From IMG/VR virus record IMGVR_UViG_3300017912_002743, positions 1 to 51,237 of that record: a DNA stretch of 51,237 nt. One strand, written 5' to 3'. Shown here piece after piece: positions 21,741 through 29,190 of this stretch. The notes under the pieces were generated by a model. That model was given only the letters and a program-made list of their open reading frames with translations. It ran no database searches and had not been told where the DNA came from. The position numbers and the translations under genes were made by a program. The stretch comes from a virus. Taxonomy: Duplodnaviria; Caudoviricetes. How positions within the stretch are numbered: position 1 is the stretch's first letter; each line of letters begins with the position of its first letter.

Positions 21741-22440
21741 TGGATTTGTTTACGTTGCTTCAGTAAATAAACAATTCTATTATGCAGCACTACATAGTGC
21801 ACAATCTCTTTTAGATTTTTATCCCGAAGCAAAGATTACTTTGTTCACTCATAAAACGTGGGTGTGTGATGAAGCACGTGAAATATTTGATCAGATTATA
21901 ACTGACGGTGTTCCGAATCATATAAGAGCAAAACTTTGGGCACTATCTAAATCTCCATACGATACAACTCTTTATATTGATTGTGATACTACTATCCAAA
22001 GCGAAGAAATATCAGAGGTTTTCGATTTACTCGGAGACAATGATATAATTTTTACAAGGAATCGTCCATACAACGCAAAGATTACCAAGCTATCTGAAAC
22101 AGAAGAAATGATTTATCATTGTGGTTTGTTTCTTTACAACACAAAAACCACTAAAGATTTGATGGATAGTTGGTACACAGGATATCTAGAACAAAACGAT
22201 CCGCGTTGGGATCCTTCTCCATACCCTGAAGAAGTTAGAAAATGGGACACATTTACTATGTGGAATCTATTGACTAATGGCAATTTTCAGGTTAAAGTAG
22301 GAGAGTTTCCTGCACCAGATGCAAAGTGGAACTTTGTAAACGGATATAAAGAAGATGAATTGATGGGCGAGGAAATAGTTATACAACATTATACAATAGC
22401 ACACACGAAGCTGATGACAAATGAAGTTTATAGACCTTAA
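21730..22440 (+). CDS. GT-A fold glycosyltransferase (GT8/nucleotide-diphospho-sugar transferase-like)
   Basis: GFVYVAS start, RAKLWALSKSPYDTTLYIDCD (DxD), HCGLFLY, WDTFTMW, WNF, IQHY. Confidence 0.75.
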   Translation: MQSNGFVYVASVNKQFYYAALHSAQSLLDFYPEAKITLFTHKTWVCDEAREIFDQIITDGVPNHIRAKLWALSKSPYDTTLYIDCDTTIQSEEISEVFDLLGDNDIIFTRNRPYNAKITKLSETEEMIYHCGLFLYNTKTTKDLMDSWYTGYLEQNDPRWDPSPYPEEVRKWDTFTMWNLLTNGNFQVKVGEFPAPDAKWNFVNGYKEDELMGEEIVIQHYTIAHTKLMTNEVYRP

Positions 22441-23029
22441 TAAAGAAATATTAGAAATCCTCGAGGAACATAGAAAGTGGTTCTTCGATCAAGATTTGTC
22501 AGAACTATATGTTGATCAGAAAGGCGACTCAAATGCTCTTTATGCATCGTCAAGAGAATATCTTGATTTGATGTTACAGAAGCCAATGGGAAAAGAAAAA
22601 GGTCAACACGCTGGTCCACCAGAGTTAATACGCAATGTTTACTTTGGTGTGGGTGCAAGATCTCCTGATAAATTCAAAAAAGAATCTGAAAGTTTTAATG
22701 ATAAACTTGTTAAGTTTTTAGGGGCAAGACATAGTGCTGTCCACGTTTACTATCCAGAAGATGGGTATATGGGGTGGCACAATAACTGGGATGTTCCTGG
22801 ATTTAATATTCTATTTAATTACAGTAACGGCGATGGATGGTTTCATTATCTTGAGGGAAACGAGATAAAGAAAATGATAGACCCAAAAGGTTGGTCAGCG
22901 AAAGTAGGATATTATGGTGGACAAGACGATCCGTTTTGGCATTGTGCAGGTGGTGGTCCAAGAATTACACTCGGTTTTGTTATTCCTGATCAGAGTATGT
23001 GGGAAATGATGGTTGAGGATATTACTTAA
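22421..23029 (+). CDS. 2OG-Fe(II) oxygenase-like / cupin protein
   Basis: YYPEDGYMGWHNN ... FWHCA ... RITLGF resembles the DSBH HxD..H..R layout (Asn in place of Asp). Confidence 0.55.
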   Translation: MKFIDLNKEILEILEEHRKWFFDQDLSELYVDQKGDSNALYASSREYLDLMLQKPMGKEKGQHAGPPELIRNVYFGVGARSPDKFKKESESFNDKLVKFLGARHSAVHVYYPEDGYMGWHNNWDVPGFNILFNYSNGDGWFHYLEGNEIKKMIDPKGWSAKVGYYGGQDDPFWHCAGGGPRITLGFVIPDQSMWEMMVEDIT

Positions 23030-23241
23030 ATACCAATATAATATTGGTGATACCATACAACACAAGCCATAATTGTTGCAGGAAGCATTGCAACTAAAGA
23101 TGGTATGAAGACCATGTAAAACATTGGGTGTTCGCAAAGCCAATCCATATCCTTATTATTCAACCCAAGTTTTTTTTGTTCTGACGTATAGTCTGGATAA
23201 GATAGCGATTCTTCAAATCTTTTTACATGGTCTGGTTTCAT
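23026..23241 (-). CDS. Small membrane protein
   Basis: 71 aa, C-terminal hydrophobic stretch MFYMVFIPSLVAMLPATIMACVVW. Confidence 0.65.
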   Translation of the reverse strand: MKPDHVKRFEESLSYPDYTSEQKKLGLNNKDMDWLCEHPMFYMVFIPSLVAMLPATIMACVVWYHQYYIGI

Positions 23242-23244
23242 ATT

Positions 23245-23385
23245 TTAAAATCCAAAATAACTTGCTCTCGTTTGCACGATTATCATGTATGGGATTCCTA
23301 AAGGAAGAGCAATGTATGCTAGAAATTCGGCGAATGCTTTGGTTTTTCGCACCATGCTCTTCGTTATTGTTATAACTGTGGTCAT
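23245..23385 (-). CDS. Small membrane protein (46 aa, absent from ORF track)
   Basis: MTTVITITKSMVRKTKAFAEFLAYIALPLGIPYMIIVQTRASYFGF*; AGGA RBS; stop 3 nt before next ATG. Confidence 0.65.
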   Translation of the reverse strand: MTTVITITKSMVRKTKAFAEFLAYIALPLGIPYMIIVQTRASYFGF

Positions 23386-23448
23386 GGTTTTTCCTGTTAA
23401 GTATTATTAAAAGTTATAAAAAAATAAATTCTTATAACTACCTAAAAA

Positions 23449-23456
23449 TATTTATA
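23449..23456 (-). promoter_or_regulatory. T4-type late promoter (minus strand)
   Basis: TATTTATA on plus = TATAAATA on minus, intergenic, upstream of two small membrane genes. Confidence 0.65.
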
Positions 23457-23485
23457 AGGGTTGTGTGAAAAATTAGATTATATAC

Positions 23486-24157
23486 TTATTCTTTTGAGCC
23501 AATGACCATAAAGCGATCGTACTTCTTTTGCCCATCCCACGAATAGTATGTTTGTTCTATTTGTCCTTCATAGAATATCTCATCTAAACCGATTTGCTCG
23601 GTTAAATCTTTTACTGAATTGACACAGTTGATACCATACATCTCTTCAATAACATTACTATTCTGACAAGCAAACAATGCCATTGGGTTTCTTGTTGTAA
23701 GTTCTTTCAACGGATACATCTGTTCGGTGTTGATAGCGATTACGATGTCCGCATCTATTTTATTTAACTCATCGAATGCAAACGGAATATCTAAACAATG
23801 ATGTCTAAACTTTACAAACTTCTCTTGTGCGTAATGTTTGTGTAGTATTTTAGATATATCCAACGCTTCTTTATCGAGGTCAACTAAATGTAACTCTCCG
23901 ATGTCGATATTTTCACAAAGTAAAGGAACAAGTGGCATACCCAACCAAGAGTTTAGAACTAAAACTTTCAGTTTTTCCTGCCTTGCACAGTTATCAATAT
24001 TTGTGATCAGTTCTTCTACGAGCCATGTTGCAGCTTCGACATGGTTTGCCTCGTGACATTGGCGTAAGTCGGTAAGTTTATGTGGTGCTTTTTGTTCGAT
24101 GAAATATAATGCTTCACCATAGAACTTAAAATTATTTAGAAAATTAGATTTTAACAT
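23486..24157 (-). CDS. Class I SAM-dependent methyltransferase-like protein
   Basis: KVLVLNSWLG, LHLVDLD, DIVIAINTEQM, FACQNSN, CVNS, DRFMVIG; start MLKSNF overlaps upstream stop. Confidence 0.55.
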   Translation of the reverse strand: MLKSNFLNNFKFYGEALYFIEQKAPHKLTDLRQCHEANHVEAATWLVEELITNIDNCARQEKLKVLVLNSWLGMPLVPLLCENIDIGELHLVDLDKEALDISKILHKHYAQEKFVKFRHHCLDIPFAFDELNKIDADIVIAINTEQMYPLKELTTRNPMALFACQNSNVIEEMYGINCVNSVKDLTEQIGLDEIFYEGQIEQTYYSWDGQKKYDRFMVIGSKE

Positions 24158-24818
24158 CTTCACTTTTACCCATAGAGTCAAATAAACAGATATATGGCAA
24201 GTCACGATACACGTGCTTTTCAGTATCTTGTGGATAGATATAACCTTGATTGAAACTATACACCCATCCTAGAGGAAACAGTTTCATCGGGACTATGTTT
24301 TTATCGCAAAGAAAATTATCAATACCGCGATATTGCCAAAGTATCTGTTGTTTATATTTATTAAAGTATTCCCACAGCTTTGCAGAGTCAAAACTATCAT
24401 TCCATCTCAGTACACTTGAGTTGATATCGCTAAATTTATGGGGAACGTGTTTTGTTTCTTCGCGCATACGATCGAGATCGTGCCACCAAGTCTTTACAAT
24501 ACCCAAACAATCCTCTGGTTCAAAATTTTCAAATGCTGTGATGTCGTGTTGTATTAGGATATCAAGGTCAAAGAAAAGTTTTTCTCCTTTCTGATCAACC
24601 AAAGGCGAAAACAAATACATTTTGTTCCACCATTTTTCTAAATCATTATACTTAGGAATCAAGATAGGTTCAATGAAATCCTCTAATCCTTCTGGGTCAT
24701 CAGTTATACAATACATCTGACGATTCTCTTCTGGAAAATCAGAGCAAATATCATATGCAATTTTATTTACATATTCAGAGGAGTATTTGTCTCCCCATTT
24801 TACTGTGTATATGTTCAT
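24144..24818 (-). CDS. GT-A glycosyltransferase, KWGxKY family
   Basis: MNIYTVKWGDKYSSEYVNK, CITDD, WWNKMYLF, FFDLDILI (DxD), NSSVLRW, GIDNFL; ATGA overlap with upstream gene. Confidence 0.8.
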   Translation of the reverse strand: MNIYTVKWGDKYSSEYVNKIAYDICSDFPEENRQMYCITDDPEGLEDFIEPILIPKYNDLEKWWNKMYLFSPLVDQKGEKLFFDLDILIQHDITAFENFEPEDCLGIVKTWWHDLDRMREETKHVPHKFSDINSSVLRWNDSFDSAKLWEYFNKYKQQILWQYRGIDNFLCDKNIVPMKLFPLGWVYSFNQGYIYPQDTEKHVYRDLPYICLFDSMGKSEDVKI

Positions 24819-25402
24819 AGGTATAGCCAATCCAATCCAAATTGTTTATGTTTCTTGTAACCCATATCTAGCAATATATCCTCGCCGTTTGCCCTTTCCA
24901 ATACAATCGCAGGTTTGAAAGTGTTTATTGTACCTAACATTCCTTTGAGTGCACTTCTTTCCATACCTTCAATATCTAGGTGAATTAAATCAGGTTCTAA
25001 ATGAAATCTATCTAATGTAACCTGCAGTAATTCACCTCTTCGTTTTACTCTTGTTGCACCGCTGTTTACTCTGTCTCTCATTATACCGCATTTTCTATCT
25101 TCATTACCAAGAGCATATGGATATATTGATACATTATTATATTCTTTTAAGTTTTCTTTCAAACATTTTAGATTCCAAGCATCTGGCTCGAATGTTGCAA
25201 CTTCATTAACCACAGAGCAATATTGCCATGTGTATAAACCGCAATGTCCACCAGCTTGAATAACCATACTCACATCGCCAACTTCTTCAAGAACTTGTTG
25301 AGGAATGTCAGGGTATTGTTGTGTCAGATGCCTCCATGCGTGGTGGTCATCAACTGTCCATAGCCAGTCTTTACCTCTCCAAAATCTTGTTTCGTAATTC
25401 AT
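24815..25402 (-). CDS. FkbM-family methyltransferase
   Basis: VIQAGGHCGLY, TFEPD..N..CLKEN, YALG, TLD, DLIHLDIEGME..ALKG...TI..FKPAIVLE. Confidence 0.85.
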   Translation of the reverse strand: MNYETRFWRGKDWLWTVDDHHAWRHLTQQYPDIPQQVLEEVGDVSMVIQAGGHCGLYTWQYCSVVNEVATFEPDAWNLKCLKENLKEYNNVSIYPYALGNEDRKCGIMRDRVNSGATRVKRRGELLQVTLDRFHLEPDLIHLDIEGMERSALKGMLGTINTFKPAIVLERANGEDILLDMGYKKHKQFGLDWLYL

Positions 25403-25766
25403 TGCTACTAAATCTGTGTTGACGTTTATTGTAATAAATTTCTATTCCCATATCCTTGCCAGTAAAATCTTTATCTCTATATTCTTCGCCGATAATTCTT
25501 ATGTCAATTGGATACAATTCTAAAATATCTAATAGTTCTCTTTCAGTTGAATATGGTATAATTTCGTCTACATACTTTACTGCTTTCAGTTGTGTATATC
25601 GTTCAACGATATTCTGTGCAGGTTTATTTTTCTCTTTTCTTTCCCATCTAGGGTTAAAATGTAATCCACATATTAAATAATCGCATTGTTGTTTTGCTTC
25701 TTGCAACATAATAACGTGACCAGTGTGCAGTAAATCAAATGCGCTTGCAGTAAATCCTATCTTCAT
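25371..25766 (-). CDS. Cytidylyltransferase (TagD / glycerol-3-phosphate CTase-like)
   Basis: GFTASAFDLLHTGH (HxGH), DYLICGL, KP...ERY.QL.AVKYVDEIIPY, RQHRFSSNELR. Confidence 0.88.
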   Translation of the reverse strand: MKIGFTASAFDLLHTGHVIMLQEAKQQCDYLICGLHFNPRWERKEKNKPAQNIVERYTQLKAVKYVDEIIPYSTERELLDILELYPIDIRIIGEEYRDKDFTGKDMGIEIYYNKRQHRFSSNELRNKILER

Positions 25767-26563
25767 TTCCAGTGTTCTAATAGTTTTGGGTCGACTAATT
25801 CGTCTTGTTTTGTTGTACCTCGCGATGCATCTTCAAAGGGAAGAAGGTCGACATTAAATACGCAGAGGATACAATTCTCTCTATAAATTCCTACATTTAA
25901 ATCATCTTCATCCCAAGAGCGACCACGATTATACGAGTATGCCATCCAACTTGGAAAATAATCCCATAGTTCTTTCCAACGCCAACTATGGTAATTATCA
26001 GTTCCGTCTGTAAACGTAAACCAGATTTTTTCTTGGTGTTTCAATACGTCTTTCCATATTGGTTCGCATTGGTCATCACTCCATACTTGACAACTGCCAT
26101 TGGTAAATGCACCATGTGATAGTTTAAATCTTCTACTATTCATAGGTCTAGGATCTTGCCACCAAGAACGCATCTTTGTAGGTTGTTCCATATTGTAAGT
26201 AATTATAGGAGTCAGATCGTTTTGGATTATTACATCAAGATCTAGAAAGACGAACCGACCAGTAGGTTTGTCATCGGCGAAATTATGGGTGTTAAAAACG
26301 AAAGTTTTTGCGCGATCCCAACAACGAGCCATTCCGTACTTAAAATCATCCAAACCAAACCAATACTTAGGATGGATGTTCGGAATATCTGGAAAGGGGA
26401 TAACTTTAATATCAGATTGAAGACCAGTATCATCATCAGTGTAACAATAGAAGTGTACGTCAAACTGATCAGGGCAGTTCCTACGAGCCATATTACAAAG
26501 TCTGTTGACAAAGTGTGCACCATACTTTGTGCCCCATTTAGCACATACAAAATTTACACGCAT
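25763..26563 (-). CDS. GT-A glycosyltransferase, KWGxKY family
   Basis: MRVNFVCAKWGTKYGAHFVNRL, CYTDD, HPKYWFG, CWDRAK, FLDLDVII, NGSCQVW, GTDNYH. Confidence 0.8.
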   Translation of the reverse strand: MRVNFVCAKWGTKYGAHFVNRLCNMARRNCPDQFDVHFYCYTDDDTGLQSDIKVIPFPDIPNIHPKYWFGLDDFKYGMARCWDRAKTFVFNTHNFADDKPTGRFVFLDLDVIIQNDLTPIITYNMEQPTKMRSWWQDPRPMNSRRFKLSHGAFTNGSCQVWSDDQCEPIWKDVLKHQEKIWFTFTDGTDNYHSWRWKELWDYFPSWMAYSYNRGRSWDEDDLNVGIYRENCILCVFNVDLLPFEDASRGTTKQDELVDPKLLEHWK

Positions 26564-27942
26564 CTTCCACAAGTCTCTTTACAAATTTTCAAATGGTCTT
26601 TTTTTAGACTATCATTATAACATTCAAAGTCCGCATTATATACAATTTCCTTTAATGGAAAGGACTTCGCGTTATTATATTTAGGATTGTACGGATAGTC
26701 TATTGGATGGAGAGGGTAAAGTCTATTCTCTAAAATATCTCTCGCGATATATGAACAAGGGAAAACTTGTCCTTTTGCATTGATGTAAACCATATTTTCG
26801 TTTCTGGCTTCACAATCAATCACCCATTTTTCTTCTTTTGCAACATTCCTATATTCTTCTTTTTGTTTAAATTTCTTAATGTTTTCTCTCGTTACGTGCT
26901 CAGGTCTCTCTACAAAGTCAGGTATATTTAAAACATCACACGGTTCATTATCATCCATCGCTGGAATCATTACTTGACTTCCTTGTTGTTCAAACCACTC
27001 TATGATTTTTATATAATCTTTACAACGACTCGGTTTAGAAAGCGTATGTAAAAAAGTTACATATTCAGGTGGGTCTTGGAATATTCTTTTTATGTCTTGC
27101 AATGTAAGTTCGTCATCTTCAACAAATATATCGTTGAACGAGTTTCCTGTGTCATTGTGTTTATTAGATAATTCTAGTACAACGCGAGTAGGAAAATCTT
27201 TATACATATCATACTTACCATACCAGTGATTGAGAAGTATAGAATCTTCTAACTGGTCTATTGATATTGTATCTTCTCCCTCTATCATATTTTGATTGAA
27301 CAGAGCGAGTTTTGCATCATAATCTGTATCTTGATAGTTGTAACTATAATACCATTCATGCGGTAAGAAGTTCCAGAACTCAGTTCCTGCTGGTCTACGC
27401 CATTGGTGGTAATTATCTGAACCCTTATAGAATGTTTTGAATGTATCTGGATTCTCTATCACATCTTCATATATTTTTTTCGGCTGATCAGACCACCACA
27501 TCATACAACTGGAGTTAAAATATGTTCCTCGTATATCTCTAAATCTTCTTAATTTGAGTTGCCCTTCAGGTTGCCAGTGTGAATATAAGATATGTGGTTT
27601 AAATGCAAGGTCATAAAACTCGTCAATAGAGTCTTGAATAATAACATCAAGGTCAAAGTAACAGAATGGTCCAGTCGTTGCAAGCCATTCTTCCGCATTA
27701 AACAATAAAAATTTAGAACGATCCCAGCAATAGTTCTCCTCTCCGAACCAATACTTTGGATGAAGTGGTTTTATATCAGGAATGGGATGTACTTCTACTT
27801 CTTCGCGAATGCCTTCTGGCTCGTCTGTGAAACAAACCATACGAAACTGATTGACATAATTGGCGTCAATCATTCCATATAGATTATTTACATAATCAGG
27901 AGAGTATTTTTCACCCCACTTTATCGTTAGAAAAGTGAGTAT
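26554..27942 (-). CDS. Glycosyltransferase fused to degenerate radical-SAM/SPASM-like domain; probable ATA start
   Basis: Frame extends 23 codons upstream of the track ATG as (ATA)LTFLTIKWGEKYSPDYVNNLYG; YFDLDVII; C-terminal IDCEA..YINAKGQVFPC..CKETC. Confidence 0.72.
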   Translation of the reverse strand: MLTFLTIKWGEKYSPDYVNNLYGMIDANYVNQFRMVCFTDEPEGIREEVEVHPIPDIKPLHPKYWFGEENYCWDRSKFLLFNAEEWLATTGPFCYFDLDVIIQDSIDEFYDLAFKPHILYSHWQPEGQLKLRRFRDIRGTYFNSSCMMWWSDQPKKIYEDVIENPDTFKTFYKGSDNYHQWRRPAGTEFWNFLPHEWYYSYNYQDTDYDAKLALFNQNMIEGEDTISIDQLEDSILLNHWYGKYDMYKDFPTRVVLELSNKHNDTGNSFNDIFVEDDELTLQDIKRIFQDPPEYVTFLHTLSKPSRCKDYIKIIEWFEQQGSQVMIPAMDDNEPCDVLNIPDFVERPEHVTRENIKKFKQKEEYRNVAKEEKWVIDCEARNENMVYINAKGQVFPCSYIARDILENRLYPLHPIDYPYNPKYNNAKSFPLKEIVYNADFECYNDSLKKDHLKICKETCGRCV

Positions 27943-28603
27943 AGTAATCAGTCCTCAAATCAAAATTATGTCGATCCTGACCATTCAACAAACAAATTGT
28001 TGGGTCAGGTCTGTATTTTCTGCCACGCGGACTTACATCCGTTTCGTGGTCAATTCCATACATATAAGAGTATAACACTCCTTTTTCATATGTATCAAAG
28101 TCATTTTTATGCTCGTGGAATAAGTATTTATCATCACAACCCTTATATTCTCTTATCCATTTGTATGGATTTTCGTTGAAGTGTTTTTTGATTTTAACAC
28201 CTTGAAATCCTCTCCAAGCCATTACACTTGAATTGAAATCACCACCGCCATGTTCAGATTCGAAACCATCGTGTTTCCACCACGTTTTACAAATCTTTAA
28301 GTTTTCAGTGAATAAATCCCAGACTTTTTCTGGTTTTTGTATTACCACGTCTAAATCTAAATATAATGATTGTCCCCAGTCTTGACCCAAGATATTTACT
28401 TTCTCGAATGTTCCAAGTTCTGAGTCTGCCCATCGCAAATTAATTTCAGGATAAAGACCTTCATCACGAAGGCGTTCACCCTGATCAGTATGACAAACAT
28501 AACGGTATTGGAAACCTTCTCCAATGCCTATTGTAGAAGCAATCCGATTCACGTCATCGAAATTATACTTGTCACCATATAATAATGTATGTATTGTAAG
28601 CAT
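27911..28603 (-). CDS. GT-A glycosyltransferase, same family
   Basis: MLTIHTLLYGDKY, CHTD, EKVNIL, LYLDLDVVI, FNSSVMAW, GCDDKYL, ICLLNG. Confidence 0.8.
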   Translation of the reverse strand: MLTIHTLLYGDKYNFDDVNRIASTIGIGEGFQYRYVCHTDQGERLRDEGLYPEINLRWADSELGTFEKVNILGQDWGQSLYLDLDVVIQKPEKVWDLFTENLKICKTWWKHDGFESEHGGGDFNSSVMAWRGFQGVKIKKHFNENPYKWIREYKGCDDKYLFHEHKNDFDTYEKGVLYSYMYGIDHETDVSPRGRKYRPDPTICLLNGQDRHNFDLRTDYYTHFSNDKVG

Positions 28604-28613
28604 AGCAATCTAT

Positions 28614-28642
28614 ATATTACCTTAATATTTGTAATAAGTCAA
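28614..28642 (-). promoter_or_regulatory. Sigma70-type promoter for the minus-strand GT operon
   Basis: TTGACT (28642-28637) - 17 nt - TAATAT (28619-28614); ATG 10 nt downstream, no SD. Confidence 0.65.
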
Positions 28643-28646
28643 GTCT

Positions 28647-28654
28647 TATAAATA
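28647..28654 (+). promoter_or_regulatory. T4-type late promoter
   Basis: Exact TATAAATA, divergent from the GT operon promoter. Confidence 0.8.
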
Positions 28655-28675
28655 AGAGCAAAAGGAGTAAAATTA

Positions 28676-29002
28676 ATGGCAACTCAACAAAATATAGTAA
28701 TTGATCAGGGAACAACATTCTCTACGACAGTCACTGCCAAAGATAGCACAGGTTCAGCAAAAGATCTGACTGGCTATACAACAACCGCACAAATAAGAAA
28801 AAGCTATTACAGTTCGTCATCCACAGATTTTACTACCGCGCAAGTAGACGGTACAGGTGTTATCACACTATCATTAACCGCAGCCCAGACAGGAAATTTA
28901 AAAGCAGGAAGATACGTTTATGACGTTGAATCTGCTTCAGCATCCGAAACAATAAGAGTTGTTGAAGGAATTGTTACAGTTACACCCCAAGTGACGAAAT
29001 AA
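28676..29002 (+). CDS. Small Ig-like/BppU-like virion protein
   Basis: NIVIDQGTTFS, DLTGY..AQIRKSY, G.ITLSLTA.QT..L.AGRYVYDVE, RVVEGIVTVTPQVT; AAGGAG RBS. Confidence 0.75.
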   Translation: MATQQNIVIDQGTTFSTTVTAKDSTGSAKDLTGYTTTAQIRKSYYSSSSTDFTTAQVDGTGVITLSLTAAQTGNLKAGRYVYDVESASASETIRVVEGIVTVTPQVTK

Positions 29003-29003
29003 T

Positions 29004-29127
29004 GTGGGCGAGTTGCGCATAACTCTGGCAGTAGTGCGCTGAAGCTGACAACCTCGAGGGACATATGTTAAGGGCAGAAGATAAGCCAAGCCAGTCATAA
29101 CATAGTCATCAGCAAATCCTCGCCCAC
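29004..29127 (+). ncRNA. Candidate structured non-coding RNA of unknown class
   Basis: 9-bp closing stem GTGGGCGAG/CTCGCCCAC, several internal stems and a CTGGC/GCCAG loop pairing; GC-rich in AT-rich context; no credible ORF. Confidence 0.6.
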
Positions 29128-29143
29128 TCCCACTTCAAACTCT

Positions 29144-29151
29144 TATAAATA
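29144..29151 (+). promoter_or_regulatory. T4-type late promoter for gp13
   Basis: Exact TATAAATA, intergenic. Confidence 0.8.
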
Positions 29152-29190
29152 GTGACATAGACTTAACAATATTAACAAACAGGGGTTTAG

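Noticed and set aside
21730-28603. GT cluster as T4-type DNA glucosylation
   Set aside because: Enzymes look GT-A (DxD) rather than agt/bgt GT-B, no hydroxymethylase is present here, and context is structural; not fully excluded.
29004-29132. tRNA, hammerhead ribozyme, SAM-I riboswitch or retron ncRNA
   Set aside because: No cloverleaf or TTC T-loop; the minus-strand CTGATGA has no partner GAAA; SAM-I-like words occur in the wrong order; no RT gene nearby. Kept only as an unclassified structured RNA.
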